Source: the human T2T-CHM13v2.0 reference genome, Homo sapiens
Assembly: GCF_009914755.1 (NCBI RefSeq)
Contig: NC_060932.1
Direction: 5' to 3' (one strand)
Length of the DNA stretch: 64,000 nt
In this document: in pieces, positions 39,065 through 49,843 of the stretch
Numbering within the stretch: the first letter of the stretch is position 1
Layout: each line of letters begins with the position of its first letter
Translations under genes and position numbers: made by a program
The notes under the pieces: generated by a model
Databases searched by the model: none
Seen by the model: the letters and a program-made list of their open reading frames with translations, nothing else
Told to the model about the DNA's origin: nothing

Positions 39065-41188
39065 TATTTACCAAGTATTACATTGGATGCAAAATTAGTA
39101 TAGAAAAGACAACTGCATTTTTAAGTACTAGCAAAGGCAAATGAAGATCAAAATTTTAAAAAGAAATCATTTACAATATCAATAAAGCCTCAACTATCTA
39201 TGAGTGAATTCAAAAAATTATATAAAAAACTGAATGCACGAAATCTGAAATATTATTGACTGAAATTAAGAAGATCTAAAAAATGCAGATATGTGCCATG
39301 TTTGTACATTAGAAGACACAATATTTTAAAGATGGCAATTCTCTACAAATGTATTATATAGATTCAAGTCACTCTCAACCCAAACCTCAACAGAGTTTTG
39401 TTTCTTTGTTTTTTGCTTTTTTTTTTTCACTAATTCATAAGCCAATTCTAATATTTCCATTGAAGCAAAGAAGACTGAATATATAGATATATAAAAAGCA
39501 AGTTGGGGCCGGGTGCAGTGGCTTATGCCTATAATCCCAGCACTTTGGGAGGCCGAGGCAGGCAGATCACAAGGTTAGGAGTTCAAAGACCAGCCTGGTC
39601 AAGATGGTGAAACCCTGTCTCTACTAAAAATACAAAAAAATTAGCTGGGCGTAGTGGTGGGTGCCTGTAATCTCAGCTACTCAGGAGGCTGAGGTTGCAT
39701 TGAGCCAAGATGGAGCCATTGCAGTCCAGCCTGCCTGGGTGACAGAGCAAGACTCCATCTCAAAAAAAAAAAAAACAAAAACAAAAACAAACAAACAAAC
39801 AAAAACCAACAACAACAAAAGAAAACAAAAAAAAACAATTTGGAAAAAAAGAGAAAAGCAGAGCTTGGGGCCTTACACTACCAGTTATCAAAATTTACTC
39901 CAGAAATTAATTACTTAAGACTCTGAATGGTCGATGCAAGGAAAGACAGCTAAGCAAAGGGAAGAACAGAAGTGAGAAGCAAATCCACACTGCTCAGGGC
40001 AAGGGGAAAAGGATTGACTTCTCCATAAATGGGGCTGGGTCAGTTGCATGTTCATACAGAAAAAGTTACCTGGATTCTTTATAATTCCACAGAGATTACA
40101 GATCTGAACTTGAAAGATGAAACAAATTTCCAATAACCAATCACGAGAGAATATTCTACGATGTCTGATGATGCAACTATTTTTAAAAGGTATTAACAAT
40201 AAAAGAAAAAACATATCAATAGTCTAAACATATTAAATTTAAGAAATTCTGGTCAAACCATTAGCCAGAAAGTGAGAAAAAATCATCACAATTGGCTCCT
40301 CCACCAAGATTTGTGTACAGAATATACAGACATCTTACAAATCAACAAGAAAGAGAGAGACAACCCATAAAGTGGAAAAAAAAGTAATTGATTTGAACTG
40401 ACACTTATTAGAAAAAGACACCAAATCATCAATCCAATAAACACACAAAGTCATTCAACTTCATTAGCAGTCAGATAAATTCAAATAAAATCTCGACGAT
40501 GACAGAATACTGCATCCCCACTAGAATGGTTAAAATACAATTTTAAAAACAGGAAACCTGCCAAATGTTGGTTATGTGGAGCAACTGGAAATTTCCTACA
40601 CTACGGTGGTATTACAAATCAGTAGAATTATTTTGCAAAACTATTAGACTCTCTCTGCCTCGGTTGAGCACATGCATACACTGTGAGTGGACGATCGCAT
40701 CCTTAGGCATATACCCAATATTCACCCAAGGCTAGAATGTTCATAGTAGCACTATTTGTAACCTTTGCAAACTGAAAATTATGTAATTGCCCTCAGGGAT
40801 ATAAATAAGTTGTGGTATGTTCACAAAACAAAATACTACACAGCAATGAAAAGGAACACATTACAAATGTGCACAACAATGTAGGTGAATGTCACAAACA
40901 TAACTTTGTGTGAAAGAATCCAAAAGCAAAACAATGCAAAATCTACAGTGTCATTTACAGAATGTGTCAAAATAGGCAAATTAGTCAATGCTGTCAGAAG
41001 CCAAGAGAATGGCTACCCCTGAGTTGGGACTGACGATTTCAAGAGCATGCTAGCATCTTGTGGGAGTAATGTTCTGCATCTTGGCCTTGTACTGAAGTTT
41101 CACAAACTCTCTGCGAAAGTTTGTTGACTCTCAATAGCTGATATGTGCACACTTCTGCATGCATATTTTATCCTGAACCAATAAAACG
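39065..41188 (+). mobile_element. Ancient L1M (L1ME-type) ORF2 to 3'UTR, interrupted by an Alu
   Basis: GAAATTAAGAAGATCTAAAAAATG...TTAGAAGACACAATATTTTAAAGATGGCAATTCT, CCAAATGTTGG...GTGGAGCAACTGGAA, AATACTACACAGCAATGAAAAGGAAC. Ends near AATAAAA at ~41180. Confidence 0.85.
39507..39838 (+). mobile_element. AluSg-like with right-arm internal deletion and a long A/C-rich tail
   Basis: GATCACAAGG (lacks CTG) and AAGATGGTGAAACC. GGAGGCTGAGG is joined directly to TTGCA. TSD-like AAAAAGCAAGTTGG / AAAAACAATTTGG. Confidence 0.93.
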
Positions 41189-41289
41189 CCTGAACATATC
41201 TGAGAGCCACTGACATAAATGTGTCTTGACTATTTACTCTAAGAATTCCCTAAGAATCCTTAGTGTAAATAACAAAATAAAAATAACCA

Positions 41290-41525
41290 CATCATACTTG
41301 CAAGCTCAGGCCTTGGAATTAAATGGCTGGGTGCAAATGCAAGAAATGCAATTTACTAGATACGTGTCCTTGAATGATTCATTTGACCTGTAATTTTCCT
41401 CATATTAAATATTGAGATAAAGTATTTCCAGCTCACATGTTTACTGTGAGAACTGAACGACATAATATAATACACACAATGTCCTGGACACTAAAAAAGT
41501 CAATTAACATGAAGTTTTCCAGCTA
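41290..41525 (+). mobile_element. MIR, near full length
   Basis: GGCCTTGGAATTAAATGGCTGGGTGCAAAT...TTACTAGATACGTGTCCTTGA...CTCACATGTTTACTGTGAGAACTGAA. Confidence 0.75.
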
Positions 41526-43065
41526 TCGATTTCTCATAGTTTTAAACTGGGTGTATGTGTGTGTATATATGTATGTGTGTGTATGTTTGTGTATATATGT
41601 ATGCTCGTGTATAAGTGTGTATATATGTATATGCACACAAATATACCTTTTCACTGCTCCTTTAAATGAATCATGCGGCTTTATGTACTATTTAATAACT
41701 AAAGCAGTGAACTGATGCCTTCAAGGAATAGTTTGCAAAAATTAGTGTTATTATTTATTTGATATCAATTAATATCAATTATTAAAATTGATATCAATTA
41801 CTGATATTATTAATTTACACTAACTTCTATCAATCATGTACCATGTATTATGGCATGGTTATGATTTATGGCTTGAAAGTGATTCATTGAAACAACTGAA
41901 ACCAGTCATCTTAAATCCACAGGGAAAAAGCAGCTTTTAAATCTAGTTAAACAATCCCATTAACAACTACTGATCAGAGGAATGAATGCATTTAACAATT
42001 TTGACAGAAAAGAGGAAAACAATACGGTTTTTCATATGTGTATTTAAATATAAATTAAATATATGTTAAAATATATGAATATAGGCATACGCTTTTAAAC
42101 ATACATAGATATAGAGTGTGCACATACTAAGATAAACAGACACATTTGAAGGTCAGAATTTGCTAAATATTTTAGTTTTCATGCAAAAGATAACATTAAC
42201 TTCTCTATCAGTGTTTCAAAATCATTATTTTCCAATAAAGGTAAACAGCGAATTGAAAAGTAATTAACAATGTCAGTTTCGAATTTTTATTCCTAAGAAA
42301 ATATTTAGGGAAAAATGAACTCAGGTGGCTTTAAATTCACTTTTTAAATAGGTAAGTTTGTTTAATAAGCCTTCCATTATCCTTTGATACGCCTCTAATG
42401 GCAAGTCTAACCTGTCTTCAACTTAACATACAATGGCCACTTGTGTTTGTTATATAAAACATTATATGTGCAATATACAAACTTGCATAAAGTAATCAAC
42501 TGATTCCCTAGAGAACTGTTAGTGACATGGTGCTTGCCAAAAGTGACATCTTCTAGCACAAATCTTGTTACAAGGGACACAGAAAGACACCAGAGAACAA
42601 AAATCTCAACTGCCAGCCTGAGCAGGGCCCCGCAGTAGCATAACTTCACACCTGGATTCTCCTCCTTCGGGGTCCCAACACTGCAGTCACTCAGGACTCT
42701 GATATACCTGGGTGTGGAATTGCACACATACACATGGAAACATCGGTGAGAAGTCATTTGTTCTGATTTGGTTAAACAAAAAGACGTTACTTAATGTTGA
42801 CCAATAAATTCTGGATATTCTTCTCTTTTAAACTATAATTTTAGTACTAACTCAACTGAGAAAATGTCCATGATTTGCCTTAACTTGTATAAAACCTGTG
42901 AGTAAATAATGATTCCAATCCCAATAGTATTCACCTCTATTGTGTACCTTTTGGTACGCTACGCAAGGAGAATCTCTACTTCGTCGTCAGTCTGTGTATG
43001 AAAATGCCAAGGCTGAGAATTTTGCTACCATAAAAATTATAACTTTTATATTAAAGGCCTTCTAA

Positions 43066-43143
43066 ATATATATATATATATATTCATATATATATATACA
43101 CACACACACACATTCAGAAGGCATCATTCATATATATATATAT
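43066..43143. repeat. Compound (TA)n/(CA)n microsatellite
   Basis: Direct reading of the sequence. Confidence 0.85.
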
Positions 43144-44204
43144 GCACCTATCAAATGAGTAAGCTCTGAAATAAATGTACCTAGTTTCTAATGGACCTAG
43201 TGTCTATGATTCTACCATGCTTATAAAGCAAGTAGCTTCTCATATACATGCTTATCAGATACATTTGTCGAAACTGTGTACCTCATTAACAAGATCCCAT
43301 CTCGTGACTGTATCAGCGTTGAGTTTATTAAGAGACATTCACAGATCAGAAAAGTGGAAGATCCCTTATGGGAGACTATTTATTAGTGTTCACAGAAAAT
43401 CCTGAAAAGCCTCTAGCATCAGACAGGTGTGAGTTATAGAATCAATCTGACCTTTTCAGGGGTTTGTCAGTATTTATTGGCACACTTAGTGACATTTATA
43501 TTGTTAAACGGTTAAACGAAAATATAAAAGCTTGAAGCTGCCAATGGAGTAGTTATGAGGACAATATCCCATCACAGGATGCTATCAATTATTTGAAAAA
43601 AGCTGAAGTACAAATTTCTGCTTTTCTCAGAGATGAAAATAAACTCTCGAAAAATGTCTCTAGATGGTCTGTTGTCTCAGAATACTAGGGAAAAAAGAAC
43701 TGTTGCTCCACCTAGTAATGAAATTAGGCAGTCATCATCCAACATCAGAATCGGCTATGATGAGCGTCTGCTCCTTTCATTTCTTGCTTTCTGTTCTCTA
43801 TTCCCCCTCATTATTCTCTCCATCTTTCTCAAGCTCACAGAAATGCACGTGTGAGCTCATGAAATTTCAGGCACTCAGGAATATCAGCCCCTTCTCCATC
43901 TCACAAACAAACTGGAGTCAAGTTTATTTATGACAGAAAGCTGACTTTCTTAAACAATCAGTTCTAGAATAAAAATGTGTCTGACCTGGCAAACGTCTCT
44001 GTGAACAAAACAATTTGCTCTTTTGCTAAATTTTTCTAAATAGGAGTAAAGTTTGTTGTTAATCTGTGAATAAATATAAATTGTTAAAAGTTGATAAGTT
44101 ATGGGCATAAATCACAACAAAGCAATATTGATTCAAATTATATATATATGTGTACATATATATGTGTACATATATATACATACATATATATATATACAGA
44201 CACA

Positions 44205-44501
44205 TTTATTATTATTTTTTTGAGACAGAGTCTTGCTCTGTCGCCTATGCTGGAGCACAGTGGTGCGATCTCAGCTCACTGCAACCTCTGTCTCTCTGTT
44301 TCAAGCAATCTCCTACCTCAGCCTCTTGAGTAGGTGGGATTACAGGTGTCCACCACCATGCCCAGCTAATTTCTGTATTTTAGTAGAGATGGGGTTTCAC
44401 CATGTTGGCCTGGCTGGTCTCAAACTCCTGACCTCAAGTAATCCGACTGCCTCAGCCTCTCAAAGTGCTGGGATTACAGGCGTGGGCCACTGTGCCAGGC
44501 C
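44205..44501 (-). mobile_element. AluS adjacent to a TA-rich microsatellite (44137-44198)
   Basis: GAGACAGAGTCTTGCTCTGTCGCC...GTATTTTAGTAGAGATGGGGTTTCACCATG...GCCAGGCC. Confidence 0.95.
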
Positions 44502-44584
44502 CATTATATATTTTTTAAACAAACTGTGGTGGCAAATTGGTTGTGTGCTAGTTGTGGTAGCAGTGATTTAGAATGTAATCGATT

Positions 44585-44790
44585 TAACATATTCTTTACA
44601 AGGCCAGATAATAAATATTTTGGTTTTGTCAGCCATACGGTCTCTGTCACACTACCCAGCAGTGCTGCTGAAGTTTGAAAGCAGGCCATGGACAGCACTT
44701 TAATGACGAAGCGTGGCTGTGTTGCAGGAAAAGTTTATTTTCCAAAGTCCCTGGAGTCAGATTTGGCCCATAGGCTGCAGTTTGCTGAGT
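44585..44790 (+). mobile_element. MER58A (hAT-Charlie)
   Basis: AAGGCCAGATAATAAATATTTTGG...CCATACGGTCTCTGTCAC...GCGTGGCTGTGTT...GATTTGGCCCATAGGCTGCAGTTTGCTGA. Confidence 0.85.
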
Positions 44791-44819
44791 AGTGAGATGT
44801 ATCTTCTAACAACAGCTAC

Positions 44820-45030
44820 TGATGATTCAAAACCTACTACATGTTAGACACTTATGGAAGTCTTAATCTAGTGCCTCTAAGATGGCTGTCATCAGCCCTA
44901 TTCTCTGCAGGACACAGACTTAGGGACAGATATACTGCCAAAGATTACAGAAGGAAGGAGGGTAGAATAGAGATTTGAACACAGATCTAATTCGAAACTT
45001 TCTGCCCTCAATGGCTACACTATACTGGCT
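44820..45030 (-). mobile_element. MIR fragment
   Basis: GCCAAAGATTACAGAAG...AGAATAGAGATTTGAACACAGATCT resembles antisense MIR. Confidence 0.6.
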
Positions 45031-45624
45031 CTCGCATGGTAATGATTCACTGAGCATAAACACAGCCAATCATCAGGGGACTCAGGTCATTTTTCAGTGA
45101 AATGCATGTCTTCAGATAAATGCATTATGAACACTTAGAGAAGCATTGATCACCTGGTACCACATGGACTTCAGTGACCTTTCAAACTCTGCCTCACACA
45201 TTTTCCCACCTACACATCAAGACACAATCCCACTCTAGCTGAGCTCTGAAAAGTAGAGGGTGGGACTTCTACCAAAACTCTATTGTGTGGGTGAGGATGA
45301 TGGCATGCGTAGAGGGTATTCCAGCTGCTGAAGAGTTCAAGCGCCCAGAGGCAATCAGCGTCAACAAGGAACATCTTAGCCATGAGAAGGACATCAATGT
45401 TCTTGCACAGCAGTGGTGACACAACCACCTGGGAGGCCCACGGTACATCCTCCCCCCATCGCCAGGTGATAGTTTCTGAGACGTTTTCAGGATAGCAATA
45501 AAAGCAAGATAAATCAACAGCTCTTTCCAGATGTATCCAAGAACAAGTTACCTTCTACTCTGTCTGAAATGTATGGACAAATTATAGACCCTATCCATGA
45601 AAGTGGGGCTAATTTTGTTCTAGG

Positions 45625-45796
45625 CGTCCAGTTCTCACCTCTGGCTGAACATTAGAGTTGCCTGTTTTTGTAAACATGAATGTCCAGACCTTAATCTCAA
45701 CCAATTAAATTAGAATTCCTGTAGAGCAAGGCCAAGGAAATTATGTTTTAAAGCTCCCCAGGTAATTCTAATATAAATAGAGAGTTGAGAACACTG
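45625..45796 (+). mobile_element. MER5A1-like (hAT-Charlie)
   Basis: GTTCTCACCTCTGGCTGAACATTAGA...CCAATTAAATTAGAAT...AAAGCTCCCCAGGTAATTCTAAT...GTTGAGAACACTG. Orientation is uncertain because the element is quasi-palindromic. Confidence 0.8.
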
Positions 45797-46574
45797 TTCC
45801 ACACCTAGAGTTAAGAGACAATACCTATGTATCTGAGTTACACAGAGGTCACAGGTTTGGAAGGAAATAGCTTTGATCTGTGGATAGAAAAAACTCAGAT
45901 TACTGTAATATCTCCCTAAATGAACTGAGTGTGTGGTATCAGAAAAGGCATTTTGCCTCTGTCTGCCTCCATTTGTTCATCTGTGCAAGGAAGAAACTAA
46001 ATATTCGAAGTCTTATTCATGCTTTTATGTAGAGTGAACAAAATAATGAAAACTCAGTTGGCATCAATTACAATCAGGAAAAGAATACTTTCAATAGCAA
46101 TACTTAAGAAAACAGAGAAAACAAGCTTGTCAGGATTCTTATCTGGTTATTAAAGGAGTCCAACTTCTGGCAGAGAAATTAATTAAACGTACAAAAGATA
46201 TTGGAAAATACTGTACAGTTATCACTTTTCTGCAATATCATTAATTAAAAACGAACGCTCCTTTGCCTAAGTGGGATAACATGGATAACTAACATCATTT
46301 GTATGCAACGTTCGTCATCCCATAAAAATTATAACATACCTGACCTAAAAACTTCAAATCAAAACCTAGACATAAAGTTAGAGGAATAAGCAAAATGTGA
46401 TGATCTGCTAAATACACCCAAATGCCAAACCCTTGTTAACATAAGCCTGACACTTTGATCTTCAAGGCAAGCATTTGTATCCAAATTCAAAGGATGGTGA
46501 TTACTCAGTCAGATGAGCTCTAAACAAGCTTGATAGAGAAGCCTATTTCATTCTATACGGAAACCTTTTTTTAC

Positions 46575-46825
46575 CTTAATGCAAGGTTCATGTGCAAATG
46601 CATAATTAAAAAGAAGCGCCATTTAGGAGATGATTATCATTAGCTCAAATGAAACACAAAGCGCTTTGCTGGCTCCCCCATCTGACCTTGTCATGCCTCT
46701 TGTATCAAGTACCAGCTGGAGAAAGCTGAGCTAATAATGGCCCAGCTGCATAATCTAACAAGATCTTTGTCATACAAGCAAGGTCAAGTGCTCTATCATG
46801 TTGAGATTAATCTCATTGTGCACTG
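46575..46825. promoter_or_regulatory. Candidate enhancer: dense POU/SOX/K50-homeodomain/E-box/nuclear-receptor motifs in non-repeat DNA
   Basis: ATGCATAATTA, CAAAGCGCTTTG, TGACCTTG, two CAGCTG, TAATCT, CTTTGT, CAAGGTCA, TGAGATTAATCTCA and CATTGTG within 250 bp. Conservation and activity are untested. Confidence 0.45.
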
Positions 46826-47603
46826 AGAGAGAAAGAGGCTGCCGGGACAGAGATGGTGCTGCTGGCTGAAGACCTTATTGAGTCCCAGTCTCTGGGACAA
46901 CAAACCGACCTTCCAAATGGTCCTTCCATTTGGGTCCTTCCAAATAGCCCTTCTAAAATGAGCTAAGAAAGGTACTATTCTAGAAAATGATGCCCTCTGT
47001 CTATAAATGTATTCTATTTCTGTGACTTCAATATCAATGATGATTTTCGTCATATAATTAAAAGCGTATCTTTATACCATTTAGGTTTATGTGAAGATTT
47101 TATTAATTGTATTATATTTAAAGAAACTTTATCCTTTATGACCAAAAGTACTTACAAACTCATTCAATTACCATAACTGTCATTTCATACAATTCTTAAA
47201 AGGAGCTTAATATGTTAACTATCTTTTTTCTGCTGGTGACCAATTCATTGGTTGCTGCAAGTTAGAAGTTTTACTCCCAATGATTCAGATGAAAAATCAG
47301 TGTTTAGAAAACAAAATGAAGTGTGACGATGCAAGATTCGAACAAGACTAACTTAGCAGCAGCAATAATAATTAATCAAATTTAATAATGATAAATTAAA
47401 GAGAGATTTCTTAAATGTTTTTCTAGAAAGCCATTGCCATTTTTTTCAGAGGTTAAAAGGAAAAGAAGAAGAGACGATAATCTGCCATGTCTTATGGTAC
47501 TAAAACAAATTTTGCTTGTATTTTTTAAAATTTTAATATTTTTTACTAACATTAAATAATGCCTTCCACATTGTAGTCATTAGTTGATATGCTTCTGATC
47601 TTT

Positions 47604-47605
<2 letters not shown>

Positions 47606-47646
<41 letters not shown>

Positions 47647-47750
47647 GCTCATTAGGTCATGATATATACATACATATACATACACACATATGTGTATATG
47701 TGTGTGTGTGTGTGTATGTGTATATATACATATATGCTCATTAGGTCATA
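47606..47750. repeat. (TA)18 followed by a CA/TG tract flanked by 18-bp direct repeats
   Basis: ATATGCTCATTAGGTCAT at 47643-47660 and 47732-47749. Confidence 0.9.
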
Positions 47751-48045
47751 AGTTCACTCAGCTGACAGTGTGAAGAGGAAATCAAGATATTGGAAGTTGG
47801 TCCTATCTACTGCCTATCTGCAAAATGAAACTCAACCTGGACTTCCTATAAATTGAGCTATGGATTTTGCGAAACAGACTTATTATGTATAGTATCACCT
47901 TAAGCATATGAAAGACATAGAGAATTATATAGGTATCCCATAGTCTTCTGTTGCAAATTCTTTATTTCTCTTTTGACTATTTTGTATTCATGAAATAAAA
48001 TATTACCAAAGGTCAAAGGCACTGAAATATCAAAATTACTTTCTG

Positions 48046-48168
48046 AGTTGCGCATAATGCCACATGCCCGTAGTCTCAGACGGTTGGATGGCTGAGGTGG
48101 GAGGATTGCTTGAACCCAGGAGCTCGAGACAACCCTGGGAATATAGGGAGATCCCTTCTCAAAAAATA
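48046..48168 (+). mobile_element. FLAM (free left Alu monomer)
   Basis: GGCTGAGGTGGGAGGATTGCTTGAACCCAGGAGCTCGAGACAACCCTGGGAATATAGGGAGATCCC plus an A tail. Monomer length. Confidence 0.85.
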
Positions 48169-49176
48169 TAAACATTTTTTTAAAAAAGTTTCTGAATCCC
48201 AATTTATCATTGCATTTGTGTGTTTTTATTTTAGGACAAATGAGATAATCTGATAATATAACTTTGATAGTTTATTATTGGGTGTATGGACTAGTGCTTC
48301 TTTTGTAGCATTTTGATAACTAAAGTATCATATTCCCTAAGAAGAATACAATTTTACTTTTAATAAAAGATAAGAAATATTCTTGTTGTTCAAACTTGCA
48401 AAGAAACATCAGATATTTTGCTGGGTTTTGATTTACTTGAAAAATATTAATATTAATGGAGAATTGCACACTTGAATTCAACAGGCACTGGGCAGGGTTT
48501 ACTACTTGGTAGGTATTTTAACAGACTGTGGAAAACAAAGACAAAGGGGACATCAGACGCCACCTGAACAAGCTCGCAGTGTCTTGGAGGAGACTGAGGA
48601 TTCCAGCTGAGTGAGGGAAGTTTTGAAAATGAAGGAAGGCATTGAGGCACACTTGCAGGACTCGGTGGGGAACAAAATAACTCTATCTCTCAAAGGACAA
48701 AATAATAGGTAACACATAAGGTTTTTATGCCGATTTCAGGAAATAAAGCACGTGGCATATTTTTCCGATTTCAGAGAAATGGAGCATATTTCTAGTCCCC
48801 AAATTTAATAAAACCGATTACTCCAAATGAGTCCTGCCCCAGAAAACATTTAAAGGAAGATATTGGGAGCATGATGCAAGTTAGCATGTGGCTCTGTTGT
48901 CTGTGCTAATGTTTCAGCAAATTTTTGTCCTCAGACATTTCCAGGGACTAAAATATAGTAATATCTGTTTAAATAAAATGCTCATACTCAGTAAGTATAT
49001 ACAATGAGAGGATGAAAGAGCAAGATTTCTTGAGTGTGCTAGCTACTCTCTCATAGGACTATGTGCTAGCTACTCTCTCATACGACTCTCATACGACTCT
49101 CTCAATAACCTGTGAAATGGATGTTATGGACATTTTATAGCTAAGGAAAATGAAGGCCGTGAAATAATTGAGCAGC

Positions 49177-49494
49177 TTTTTTGTTTTTTTTTTGTTTTAT
49201 TTTATTATTTTGAGACAGGATCTCACTCTGTCATCCAGGCTGGAGTGTAGTGTTGTGATCTTGGCTCATTACAACCTCCACCTCTTGGGCTTAAGTGATC
49301 CTCCCTCAGCCTCCCAAGAAGCTGGGACCACAGGCATGTGCCATCATGCCTGGCTAATATTTGTATTTTTCTTTGTAAAGATGGGTTTTTGCCATGTTTC
49401 CCAGGCTAGTCTCAAAAATTCCTTGCTCAAGTGATCTACCTGCCTCAACCTCCCAAAGTGCTGGGATTACAGGCGTGAGCCACCGCGCCTATCC
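49177..49494 (-). mobile_element. AluJ (Jb-like) inserted in a MIR
   Basis: GAGACAGGATCTCACTCTGTC...GGCTTAAGTGATCCTCCC. TSD TGAGCAG(C/G)TT. Confidence 0.93.
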
Positions 49495-49542
49495 TGAGCA
49501 GGTTCTTGAAATTAGGTCAATTCAATTCCAAAATCCATCCGA

Positions 49543-49843
49543 GGCCAGGTATGGTGGCTCACGCCTACAAACCCAGAACTTTGGGAGGCCAAGGTGGCAG
49601 AATTTCCTGTATACAGGAGTTTGAGACCACCCTGGACAACATAACAAGACCCCATGCCTAATCACACACACACAAAAAAAAGCCAATAGTGGTGGTGTAC
49701 ACCTGTAGTCTCAACTAGTTGGGAGGCTGAGATGCGAGGATTGTTTGAGCCCAGGAGGTCCAGGCTTCAGTGAGCTGTGATCACACCACTGCACTAGAGC
49801 CTAGGTGACAGAGCAAGACCTTGTCTCAAAACGAAAAAAAAAA
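49543..49843 (+). mobile_element. AluJ
   Basis: GGCCAGGTATGGTGGCTCACGCC...GAGGATTGTTTGAGCCCAGGAGGTCCAGGCTTCAGTGAGCTGTGATC plus an A tail. Confidence 0.93.

Noticed and set aside
41755-41815. Repeated TTGATATCAA/ATCAAT palindromes
   Set aside because: Short AT-rich low-complexity slippage products; cannot be distinguished from background.
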